Virus record (IMG/VR): IMGVR_UViG_3300030095_005213
Coordinates: 1 to 24,066 of that record
Strand: one strand, 5' to 3'
Length of the DNA: 24,066 bases
From: a virus
Lineage: Duplodnaviria; Caudoviricetes
Shown one piece after another: positions 1 to 8,233 of this stretch. A model generated the notes under the pieces. That model was not told the origin of the DNA. It saw only the letters and a list, made by a program, of their open reading frames with translations, and did not search any database. Positions within the stretch are counted from its first letter, which is position 1; the number at the start of each line of letters is the position of its first letter. The position numbers and the translations under genes were made by a program.

Positions 1-681
1 AAATATATTGGTTGGACACGAGATGATAGATATAAAAATAAAAGATTAAACAATGTAGCTTGTGGACAGGCTATAATTCCAATGCAACCATTAGGACATA
101 ACTTTTTGGGTGGTAAACTTATGGCACTTATGATTACTTCAGATGTAATTAGAAAATCTTGGGAAGATAAGTATGGTGATATATTGGTTGGTATGACTAC
201 AACATCATTATATGGCACACATTCTCAATACAATAGTATGCCAACATTTAAGAAGAGAGGCAAGACAACTGGTAAGATGCCAATTAAATTACCAAAAGAT
301 ATGGTTAGGGTATGGGAAGAGTACTTTGGTGAGAAACGAAAAGTTAGATCTAATTTAGATACAAAAATATACAGAGAATGTGGTTTAAAACCGGCTGATT
401 ATGTAAGTGGAATGCAACGGGGAATTTACTTTTGTTCATTCTACGATAACACACGAGAATTTTTATGTGGAAAAATTAAAAAAAGCTCTTTGCTTTTACG
501 GGAAAGTTTCGTATATTATAATAGTCATATATCTAATTGGTGGAAACCGAAGGCAGAAAAAAGATATAATAAACTTAAATCTGATAATAAATTAATATCG
601 GAATTACATTTTTGGGATAAGTTATTTGGATTAACTTATGAAGAAGCAAAACAGAATTATTTAGGAGAAGTAGGAAGATGA
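1..681 (+). CDS. DruA/DUF4338-like protein, 5'-truncated by the window edge
   Basis: Frame 1 is open from base 1 (KYIGWTRDDRYKNKRLNNVACGQAIIPMQPLG...), so the ATG at 82 is internal. Motifs YIGW, PLGHNFLGGKLMAL and LVGMTTTSLYGTHSQYN match the DUF4338/Druantia DruA pattern (GGKL...TTSLYG..SQYN). Confidence 0.75.
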   Translation, partial: KYIGWTRDDRYKNKRLNNVACGQAIIPMQPLGHNFLGGKLMALMITSDVIRKSWEDKYGDILVGMTTTSLYGTHSQYNSMPTFKKRGKTTGKMPIKLPKDMVRVWEEYFGEKRKVRSNLDTKIYRECGLKPADYVSGMQRGIYFCSFYDNTREFLCGKIKKSSLLLRESFVYYNSHISNWWKPKAEKRYNKLKSDNKLISELHFWDKLFGLTYEEAKQNYLGEVGR

Positions 682-1403
682 TAAATCAAGAACAAATGGA
701 CAATAACTGGACAGAATTAATGTCAATCATTGACACACATTTTGAAGGTGAACAAAAAGAAAATATTTTAAAGTTACATAATGACTTTGAATCGGAATAT
801 AAAACAGCACCTGCATCCGGTCGCCCAAATTATCACAATTGTTTTAAGGGTGGTTACTTAGACCATATCTTACATGTGATTAAAAATTCACTTATGATAA
901 AAAGACAATATGAATCAAATGGTGTTAATGTAATACACTCAGATTCGGATGTAGTGTTAGCAGCTATGTTTCACGACTTAGGTAAACTTGGTGATGGAAC
1001 ACAACCTTATTATAAATACCAAACAGATGATTGGAGAAGAAAAAAATTAAAAGAGTGGTACACTCATAATCAAGATTTGGATTATATGACAGTTCATGAT
1101 AGAGCTTTATGGTTACTATCTAAATATCACATTGATGTTAATCCTCATGTGTATAAAGCTATATTGTGTGCTGATGGTTTATTTGACCCAGCAGCAGAAA
1201 CTTACTTTAAATCTTATGTAGATACAAGACATTGTCTTGGTTCAATTGTTCACTTTGGTGATTGGTTATCTACCATTTGTGAAAAACAAACTTGGTTACA
1301 AGGTGAAGAAGAACATTCAGATGAGGGTGTAATAAAACATAAAGAAGTTCCAAAAGAACAAATTGATAATATGAAAGCTAAGTTTGATGAACTTTTTAAT
1401 TAG
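678..1403 (+). CDS. HD-domain metal-dependent phosphohydrolase (YhaM/Cbf1-like HD region)
   Basis: APAS...YHNCFKGGYLDH...AAMFHDLGKLG...HFGD supplies the H...HD...D metal ligands. ATGA overlap with the upstream gene. No N-terminal OB fold visible. Substrate unknown. Confidence 0.88.
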   Translation: MINQEQMDNNWTELMSIIDTHFEGEQKENILKLHNDFESEYKTAPASGRPNYHNCFKGGYLDHILHVIKNSLMIKRQYESNGVNVIHSDSDVVLAAMFHDLGKLGDGTQPYYKYQTDDWRRKKLKEWYTHNQDLDYMTVHDRALWLLSKYHIDVNPHVYKAILCADGLFDPAAETYFKSYVDTRHCLGSIVHFGDWLSTICEKQTWLQGEEEHSDEGVIKHKEVPKEQIDNMKAKFDELFN

Positions 1404-1412
1404 GAGATTATT

Positions 1413-1691
1413 ATGTGGATAGGTTTAACAATATTATTTTTCTTAATAAGTATCTTTACATCTACATTGGTATATTACTCTTTACGAAGAATAACACAAT
1501 ACGAAGAATTGATTTTAGAAATACAACAAGTAATTAAATTCTCAACAGATAAAATGAAACTTGTAGATTCTAAAGGACATTATGAATCAGATGATGAGAC
1601 TGGTTTTTTCTTTGAACAATTAAAGCAAATTCAATTATCCCTTGATGGAATATTTGAAGAGGAAACAAAAAATGCCAAAAAAACAAAATAA
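1413..1691 (+). CDS. Small membrane-anchored hypothetical protein (N-terminal TM helix plus acidic helical domain)
   Basis: AGGAG RBS at 1402-1406. The first ~24 residues are hydrophobic (MWIGLTILFFLISIFTSTLVYYSL), followed by RR and an amphipathic, acidic remainder. Confidence 0.8.
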   Translation: MWIGLTILFFLISIFTSTLVYYSLRRITQYEELILEIQQVIKFSTDKMKLVDSKGHYESDDETGFFFEQLKQIQLSLDGIFEEETKNAKKTK

Positions 1692-2424
1692 AAAAATCAA
1701 TGATGTTAAAGCTGAGATTAAAAAAATAACAAAAAAGAAAAAACGAAAAGTTTATTTCGGACAAGAAGTTCAAGATGCTGTTGTAGAATATAACTCATCT
1801 ACAAATGATTCTGAAAGAAATGTAATTTATGGAACACGAATACATGCGGCATTTGATAAGTTGGCTGAAAATATAATCAACACATTTAAGTTTACTTATT
1901 TTGATTACGGGTTTAATGATATTAAACACGAGGTGGTTGCCTTTATGGTGATGAATATTCATAAGTACGACCATACAAAAGGTTCAAAAGCATTTAGTTA
2001 TTTTTCAGTTGTGGCTAAAAATTATTTAATTCTTCATAATAATAATAATTATAAAAAATTAAAAACTCATGATAAAATGGAAGTCTTAGATAGACATAGA
2101 AGTAATGACTCTAACTATGAATCAGATTTTGTTACATTGACAAATGAAATAATAGAATATTTTGATTCTAATATGAATACTATTTTTAAAAAAGAAAGAG
2201 ATTTAAGAATAGGATATGCTATTGTTGACTTGATGAAACAAAGAGGTGATATTGAAAACTTTAATAAAAAAGCTATTTATATTTTAATTAGAGAAATGAC
2301 AGATGTAGAAACTGCTCATATTACTTCAGTTGTTAATGTTTTAAAAAAACATTATAAAAAACTTCAAAATTTATATTATAAACATGGTTCAATAATATAT
2401 AGTCATTCTGGTTCATTCTTTTAA
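1672..2424 (+). CDS. Viral RNA polymerase sigma factor, T4 gp55-like (probable late sigma)
   Basis: YF..EVQDAVVEYN...KLAENII..FKF.YF...IHKYDHTKGSKAFSYFSVVAKNYLI resembles sigma region 2 of the gp55 family (FD..K...F.Y.T...). Start moved from 1642 to the ATG at 1672, which has GAGGA at 1659-1663. Lies immediately upstream of the structural operon. Confidence 0.75.
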   Translation: MPKKQNKKINDVKAEIKKITKKKKRKVYFGQEVQDAVVEYNSSTNDSERNVIYGTRIHAAFDKLAENIINTFKFTYFDYGFNDIKHEVVAFMVMNIHKYDHTKGSKAFSYFSVVAKNYLILHNNNNYKKLKTHDKMEVLDRHRSNDSNYESDFVTLTNEIIEYFDSNMNTIFKKERDLRIGYAIVDLMKQRGDIENFNKKAIYILIREMTDVETAHITSVVNVLKKHYKKLQNLYYKHGSIIYSHSGSFF

Positions 2425-2429
2425 ACATT

Positions 2430-2458
2430 AAACCCTCTTAAATGAGGGTTTTTTATTT
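2430..2458 (+). terminator. Rho-independent terminator after the sigma gene
   Basis: Perfect 8-bp stem AAACCCTC (2430-2437) / GAGGGTTT (2444-2451), 6-nt loop TTAAAT, followed by TTTATTT. Begins 5 nt after the stop codon. Confidence 0.85.
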
Positions 2459-2480
2459 CAAACAATTTCTTACAAATTTT

Positions 2481-2490
2481 ATATTTATAT
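2481..2490 (+). promoter_or_regulatory. Candidate late promoter element ATATTTATAT
   Basis: Sits between the terminator and the RBS of the first structural-operon gene, in the only sizeable intergenic gap. The function is inferred from position; the motif is low complexity in AT-rich DNA. Confidence 0.45.
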
Positions 2491-2507
2491 ATGAATAAGT
2501 ACATTCA

Positions 2508-2513
2508 GAGGAG
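2508..2513 (+). promoter_or_regulatory. Shine-Dalgarno site GAGGAG
   Basis: Ends 5 nt before the ATG at 2519. Confidence 0.8.
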
Positions 2514-2518
2514 ATTGT

Positions 2519-2923
2519 ATGTCAAATGAAAAAGAAATATTCGAGGGTAAAACCTTTCAAGATTTAACAAAAGATATATATGAGAACACTACAAAGCGTA
2601 AAGTTCAAATAGATTTGTTAATATCAGAAATTCACGGATTCATAACAACCATTGATGATGTGGTGTTGGTAGCTCCAATTATAAAAGAATATATGGATAC
2701 TGCTGTTCGTAACGATGAACATCTGGTTAAACTTGCTGGTGTATTACAAAGAATTATTTCTAAATCACAGGGTGAATCTGATGAATCAATGTTATTAAGT
2801 GACGAAGAGAAAGCAGAGTTAATGGGAACACTTCAAGATACTGTAGATGATTTACAAAAAGAAAGTCATAGACTTGAGAGTATAAAAGATAAAACAATAC
2901 AAAAGGGATATTCGGAGGGTTAA
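2519..2923 (+). CDS. Acidic helical phage protein of unknown function (weakly reminiscent of gp16-type small terminase)
   Basis: Strong RBS, 134 aa, appears all-helical/coiled-coil. The functional guess is weak. Confidence 0.7.
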   Translation: MSNEKEIFEGKTFQDLTKDIYENTTKRKVQIDLLISEIHGFITTIDDVVLVAPIIKEYMDTAVRNDEHLVKLAGVLQRIISKSQGESDESMLLSDEEKAELMGTLQDTVDDLQKESHRLESIKDKTIQKGYSEG

Positions 2924-4162
2924 ATGAGTTCTTTATTTACAACATCAAAAGACGCAAAGATAAATACTCCATTTGGTAGAGGTAAATTTATACCATTTTA
3001 TTTACAATTTGTACCTGGATATTGTGTAGATGTTGTTCACAATGGTAATTCAGATAGAGAGGCTGGAGATGCTAGTATAAATACTATAATAGCTGTACCA
3101 CACATAACAAATAAATTACTTGAAAAACGGGCAACTGCTGGGGAGGACTCACGATACTTTCCTTTATTGAGGACATTTAACGATGTACCATCAAAGGGTG
3201 ACCCAGTTTTACTTTGTACTATTGGTAATATAAATTACTATTTAGGTCCTTTAAACACTCTCAATAATTCACCTACATGGAATGATGACCCATCATTTAC
3301 TGAAGAATTTGCAATAAATAATAAAGATGTTATTGAAGTAACCACTAGAAGTAAAACAGGTGAGAGTTTAAATTTTGTTAAAGAACCAAATTACGTTAGA
3401 CTTCAGAAAAGATATAATCCAAAACTTGAGGTAGGTGATTCAATTAATGAGACAACAGGAGATACGATATTAGAAGGTAGACATGGTAATAGTTTACGAA
3501 TAGGAAGTGTTGGTGCAAAACCTTATTTAATAATTTCAAATAAAAGAAACTCTACAAATAAACACGAGTCACTAGGTGATGGTTCAATTATAAGTATTAC
3601 GTCTGATTCAACATTACAAGACCATTTTCCAGTTTATACAGATTCTATTACACAACAAAATGTTTTTGAATTTAAATTATCTTCAGATACTGTTGAAGAA
3701 AATGATTATAGAATTGGTGATATTTATACAAGTGTTAATGGATTTTCAGATGATTCATTTATATATAGTTATAATGACAATCAAATGTTATTACATTCAG
3801 ATAGAATAATTTTAAATTCAAAGCTTGATAATATTTATATTTCATCAAAAAAAGATATACATATAGGTGCAGGTGAACACACAACTATATCTTCAGGTAA
3901 ATCAATAATTGTAAATACACCTGATTTTAATATTGGAGACCCGAATGATGAATTTGTTGATATGCAACCAATGGTTTTAGGTGATAGTTTGGTAAATATA
4001 TTAGAAAATATTGTGAAAATAATTAGTACAATACAAACAGGACCAGGTATGGGACCTACTGTTTTAAATACACAAATGCCAAATATTCAAAACCTTTTAA
4101 GTAAAATAGAAGAAGATATTCGAAAAGTTAGAAGTACAAAACATAAAATAGAAGAAGGATAG
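2924..4162 (+). CDS. Baseplate central spike/hub protein, gp5/gpV-like
   Basis: N-terminal OB-fold-like signature (PLL....VPSKGDPVLL...YYLG), then GDTILEGRHGNSLRIGS, then beta-helix-like periodic strands (MLLHSDRIILNSKLDNIYISSKKDIHIGAGEHTTISSGKSIIVNT) and QPMVLGD. Upstream of gp25/gp6. Confidence 0.75.
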   Translation: MSSLFTTSKDAKINTPFGRGKFIPFYLQFVPGYCVDVVHNGNSDREAGDASINTIIAVPHITNKLLEKRATAGEDSRYFPLLRTFNDVPSKGDPVLLCTIGNINYYLGPLNTLNNSPTWNDDPSFTEEFAINNKDVIEVTTRSKTGESLNFVKEPNYVRLQKRYNPKLEVGDSINETTGDTILEGRHGNSLRIGSVGAKPYLIISNKRNSTNKHESLGDGSIISITSDSTLQDHFPVYTDSITQQNVFEFKLSSDTVEENDYRIGDIYTSVNGFSDDSFIYSYNDNQMLLHSDRIILNSKLDNIYISSKKDIHIGAGEHTTISSGKSIIVNTPDFNIGDPNDEFVDMQPMVLGDSLVNILENIVKIISTIQTGPGMGPTVLNTQMPNIQNLLSKIEEDIRKVRSTKHKIEEG

Positions 4163-4164
4163 TT

Positions 4165-4569
4165 ATGAAAAAGAAAAAAACAAATATAAAAACTGTAATA
4201 AGACAAATCGTTAGAGAAGAAGTTGCGATGGTTATTAAGGAAGTAATAACTGAATTAAAACAACCAACTCAAACAACTAAACCGATGACACCAAAAAAAG
4301 GAACACAGAATAGTAGTTTTACATCCAATAAAGTGTTGAATGATGTATTGAATGAAACTGCTCAAGATGGTGATTGGAAAACAATGGGTGGTGGTGAGTT
4401 TACATCAGATAGAATGAATGAATTGGTTGGTGGACAATATGGTGATATGATGAAATCAACACCACAACAAGTTCCTTCAAATGACCCAATGGCTCAGTTT
4501 TTAAATAAAGATTATAGAGAAGTGTTAGAAAAAACTGAAGAAAAACAACAACAAAAATATAGGAAATAG
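4165..4569 (+). CDS. Hypothetical phage protein
   Basis: AAGGA RBS upstream of the ATG. N-terminal amphipathic helix IRQIVREEVAMVIKEVITELK followed by low-complexity linkers. Fills the operon gap exactly. Confidence 0.75.
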   Translation: MKKKKTNIKTVIRQIVREEVAMVIKEVITELKQPTQTTKPMTPKKGTQNSSFTSNKVLNDVLNETAQDGDWKTMGGGEFTSDRMNELVGGQYGDMMKSTPQQVPSNDPMAQFLNKDYREVLEKTEEKQQQKYRK

Positions 4570-4574
4570 AAAAA

Positions 4575-5108
4575 ATGTCATTAACATCAGAATTAGAAGC
4601 TGCTTTCGAACGGGCAAATTTAGAGGTAGATGGAGCTCCACCAGTAGATAATGCTTATGTTGAGGCGTATGCAAAATTTCAAGCTGAAGCTATTGTTAAT
4701 TTTTTAACACAATGTGAATTTAGAATTACAAAATTAAATGCACCAGTTGTTGTTGAAAATTTTAAAATACCCGAACAATTGGTAAATGTCGCAACGGAAA
4801 CTTTGTTAGGTGAATATGGCCCTTTATTAAAAACTTTAAAAAAAATTGCTGAACCACTTGGACTTGGAGAAACTATTGATTCATTGGAAGGTGAAATTAA
4901 AAAGGCTATAGCTAATGTTGCTGAAGGTGGAGCGACTGCAGTTGGATTGGATTTAGGAAAAGATGTTGGTGGATTAGAATCTACTGGTTATGTTTATATA
5001 GGTGAAGACCCAGACTCACAAGGTGGATTTAATGTGGAGGATGAAGATGGACAAAAAGATTTTACAACTGTAAAATTATTTAAAGAAGATATTGAGAATT
5101 TAATATAA
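4575..5108 (+). CDS. Hypothetical acidic protein, probably baseplate-associated
   Basis: AGGA at 4561-4564. TAATG coupling to the gp25 gene. Located between the spike gene and gp25. Confidence 0.75.
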   Translation: MSLTSELEAAFERANLEVDGAPPVDNAYVEAYAKFQAEAIVNFLTQCEFRITKLNAPVVVENFKIPEQLVNVATETLLGEYGPLLKTLKKIAEPLGLGETIDSLEGEIKKAIANVAEGGATAVGLDLGKDVGGLESTGYVYIGEDPDSQGGFNVEDEDGQKDFTTVKLFKEDIENLI

Positions 5109-5602
5109 TGGCTATTAGAGATACATCAAGAAAACCATACACACAAGATAATGATACTAAAATTAAAATTGGTATTGATTTACCTATTCGTAGAGGTGAT
5201 GATAAAGATGGTTTTTTTGTAACCACTTCAACAACTATTGAGGCAGTAAAAAACAATATAAGAAACTTATTACAAACAAATGAAGGTGAGAGATTTTTTC
5301 AACCTAATTTAGGTTTGAATTTAAAAAGATTGTTGTTTGAAAATATTACTGATGAAAAATTAGTTGGTATACAGGACGCTATATTAGATAAAATAGAATT
5401 TTGGTTACCATTTGTTGAAGTGAGAAATATTGAAGTACTTACAAAAGATAATACAAGTGATATAAGGTTTAACGAAGTAAAAGTTAAAATATCATTTAAT
5501 ATTGTGCAAGACCCTACGACTTTAGATGCAATTACGTTAGATTTCACAAGTGATATTACAGAAACAGACTCATCGGTATCAGGTGATACAGGTGGATATT
5601 AA
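5108..5602 (+). CDS. gp25: Baseplate wedge subunit / sheath initiator, gp25/GpW family
   Basis: Canonical motif EAVKNNIRNLLQTNEGERFFQPNLGLNLKRLLFE...I...WLPFVEV. Confidence 0.93.
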   Translation: MAIRDTSRKPYTQDNDTKIKIGIDLPIRRGDDKDGFFVTTSTTIEAVKNNIRNLLQTNEGERFFQPNLGLNLKRLLFENITDEKLVGIQDAILDKIEFWLPFVEVRNIEVLTKDNTSDIRFNEVKVKISFNIVQDPTTLDAITLDFTSDITETDSSVSGDTGGY

Positions 5603-5614
5603 TGGAGAATATAA

Positions 5615-8233
5615 ATGCCTACATATGGTGATAATAATTTTAAAGAATCAAATGTAAATTATTTAAACAAAGATTTTATAGATTTAAAACAATCGTTAAT
5701 GAATTATGCTAAGTCATATTTTCCAAACACTTATCGAGATTTTAACGAAACATCTCCAGGTATGATGTTATTGGAAATGAATGCTTATGTTGGTGATGTA
5801 TTATCGTTTTACATCGACCAACAATATAAAGAAATGTTATTACCATTAGCTGAAGAAAGAAGAAACATAATCACGATGGCAAAAATGTTTGGATACAAAG
5901 TAAAACCAATTGTTCCATCTTATGTTGATTTAACTTTTACTTCTGAAGTAAATGCTTCAAGTGGTGATGTATCAAAGGTTGATTATTCTGATGGTGGTAT
6001 TTTTGATGCTGGAATCGAAATAACCTCTGATACTAATTCAAATATTATTTTTAAAACACTTGACCCTATCGATTTTAGAATATCAGCTTCAGGTGATACT
6101 GAAACAATTGGGTCGAGTACTGATGCTGGTTTAGCTTCAACTTATACATTATCAAGAACTGTAAGGGCTGTAAGTGCAACAGAAAAAACACTTTCATTTC
6201 AAATTGGAATACCTGAAAAATTTAAAACCATTACCATACCTGATACGAATGTTGTTGACATTGTTTCTTGTGTAGACTCAAATGGAAACAATTGGTATGA
6301 AGTTGATTTTCTAGCACAGGATAAAGTTCCTATTGAAACACATTATACCAATGACTCCAATAGAGCTTCTGCTTATGTTGATTTAATGGGTAATGTTTCT
6401 GATGAACCAGTGCCTTATTCTTTAACATATCGTACCTCAACGAAAAGATTTACTCGTGAAACAAATCAAGACAATAGTACATCTTTAATATTTGGTAATG
6501 GTGTTTTACAAGATGGGCAATTAGTAGATGAGGGATATATTGATAAAGAGCAAATAGGGTTAATTATTCCAGGACAAACAAATAATTTAAATACTGCTAT
6601 TGACCCTTTATTGGGAAATGAATATTCAACACTTGGTGAAACACCAAACCAAACAACTTTAACCATTACTTATAGAGTAGGTGGTGGAGTTAGTTCAAAT
6701 GTTCCGAGTGGTAATATTACAACTACTCCAACTTTAAATGCACAAAATGGAAATACAGATGCTGAATTAACAAGTGTAATAAATAATCAACCTGCTCATG
6801 GTGGTAAGGATGAAGAAGATATAATTGAGATAAAAGAAAAGGCAAGAGCTTTTTTCTCAACACAAAACAGATGTGTAACTAAGGAAGATTATGAAGCTAG
6901 GGTGATGAATGTACCAAGTAAATTTGGTAGTTTGGCAAAAGTTTATGTAACACGAGGAGATGTTAATAATACATTACCTATTTTAAATTCTGATTACTAT
7001 AATGATTTATTAGGTTTGTTAAACAACATATCTCCCTCTTTAAGTGAATTGGGAAACAATATTCAAAGTGCCATTACAAACACACCAGGAGTTAATATTG
7101 CTACATATGATGATTTCCAAACAATAGTAAATATGCTATTACCAAGTGGAACAATAATGACAGAATTAGGAGTATATGGTCAAACTTTACAAGACCAATT
7201 AGATGCTTTTGTTATTAATCCAACTGGTACAACTGAATTACAACTTTTAGAACAAACTATATCCATTGTGGTAAATATTTTAAAAGGAGAACCACTGGGA
7301 GGCCTTGTGGAAGAAAATTTACCAAATCCTTTAACAGGTGAATTAAATACAATACAGAGTTTATTAAATAATTTATCTATTACTGCAGCAGTTAATTCAT
7401 CTGGTGTAAGTCTTGTTTTACCTAATCTTACACAACAATTAAATGCACTACAATTAGAACAATCAGATGTTAGTTCTTTACCAACCATAGTTAGTTCAAT
7501 ACCTGAATCATTAAATAATTTTGTTAACTCTGTACAACAAGAAAACTTTTCAGAATTATCAACAATAAACATTTACGCTTTAGGATACAATAATAGAAAA
7601 CAATTAGTTGGTAATAAACACTTCTCATCATTAAGTTTACCAAATACTTTAACTAACAACATTAAAAACTATTTACAAAATTTTAAATTAATGACAGATA
7701 CAATTACGATTAATGATGGGTACGTTGTTAACTTTGGTGTGGTGTTTGATATTATAGCTGAAAAGTATGCAAACAAACAACAAGTTAAATTAAGATGTAT
7801 TCAAATAATAAAAGATTATTTTAAAATCGAAAAAATGCAATTCAATCAACCTATTTTTCTTAGTAACTTAGAATTTGAATTAATGGGTGTTGAAGGTGTT
7901 CGTTCTATTGGACATGTAACCATTACACAAAAAGATGATTACAATAGTGATTCGGGTGATGCTGATTTATTAAATTCAACTTATACTTATAATTTTAGTA
8001 CAGATGCTGAGGCTTTAATTGATAGAGATGGTGATGGTAATGATGACGGTAGTTTCGTAGACGCTTCACTATTAGAAAATGGTGGATTGGGAACATCAGG
8101 ATATGGATATAAATATAATTTTGAAAATGCATTATCTTCTGATGGTACAATTATATTACCACCAAATGTGGCAACACCAACGGTTTTTGAATTAAAGAAT
8201 CCAAATCAAAACATACAAGGGAGAGTTAGATAA
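5615..8233 (+). CDS. gp6: Baseplate wedge subunit, T4 gp6 / baseplate J-like
   Basis: DFIDLKQSL..Y......YRDFN..SPGMMLLE..AYVGDVLSFY.D, AKMFGYK, LIFGNGV, ITYRVGGG..SN and GGKDEE.I.EIK..A...F.TQNRCVT.EDY. Directly follows gp25. GGAG RBS at 5604-5607. Confidence 0.92.
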   Translation: MPTYGDNNFKESNVNYLNKDFIDLKQSLMNYAKSYFPNTYRDFNETSPGMMLLEMNAYVGDVLSFYIDQQYKEMLLPLAEERRNIITMAKMFGYKVKPIVPSYVDLTFTSEVNASSGDVSKVDYSDGGIFDAGIEITSDTNSNIIFKTLDPIDFRISASGDTETIGSSTDAGLASTYTLSRTVRAVSATEKTLSFQIGIPEKFKTITIPDTNVVDIVSCVDSNGNNWYEVDFLAQDKVPIETHYTNDSNRASAYVDLMGNVSDEPVPYSLTYRTSTKRFTRETNQDNSTSLIFGNGVLQDGQLVDEGYIDKEQIGLIIPGQTNNLNTAIDPLLGNEYSTLGETPNQTTLTITYRVGGGVSSNVPSGNITTTPTLNAQNGNTDAELTSVINNQPAHGGKDEEDIIEIKEKARAFFSTQNRCVTKEDYEARVMNVPSKFGSLAKVYVTRGDVNNTLPILNSDYYNDLLGLLNNISPSLSELGNNIQSAITNTPGVNIATYDDFQTIVNMLLPSGTIMTELGVYGQTLQDQLDAFVINPTGTTELQLLEQTISIVVNILKGEPLGGLVEENLPNPLTGELNTIQSLLNNLSITAAVNSSGVSLVLPNLTQQLNALQLEQSDVSSLPTIVSSIPESLNNFVNSVQQENFSELSTINIYALGYNNRKQLVGNKHFSSLSLPNTLTNNIKNYLQNFKLMTDTITINDGYVVNFGVVFDIIAEKYANKQQVKLRCIQIIKDYFKIEKMQFNQPIFLSNLEFELMGVEGVRSIGHVTITQKDDYNSDSGDADLLNSTYTYNFSTDAEALIDRDGDGNDDGSFVDASLLENGGLGTSGYGYKYNFENALSSDGTIILPPNVATPTVFELKNPNQNIQGRVR

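Noticed and set aside
82-84. ATG at 82 as the start of the first gene
   Set aside because: The frame is open to base 1 and encodes a conserved-looking YIGW motif upstream, so the true start lies outside the window.
407-595. 62-aa alternative-frame ORF
   Set aside because: Nested in the DruA-like gene, with no recognisable motif.
1642-1671. Longer start for the sigma gene
   Set aside because: TTG/ATG at 1642-1647 lacks an SD and lengthens the overlap; the ATG at 1672 has GAGGA at normal spacing.
1570-1773. 67-aa minus-strand Phe-rich ORF that looks like a membrane peptide
   Set aside because: It is the antisense shadow of A-rich Lys codons in two overlapping plus-strand genes.
6959-7560. 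Intein or intron in gp6
   Set aside because: No C/S start with His-Asn end, no LAGLIDADG or HNH motif, and the frame is continuous.
8108-8115. T4-type late promoter TATAAATA on the plus strand (also at 24006-24013)
   Set aside because: Both lie inside coding sequence and are expected by chance in DNA this AT-rich.
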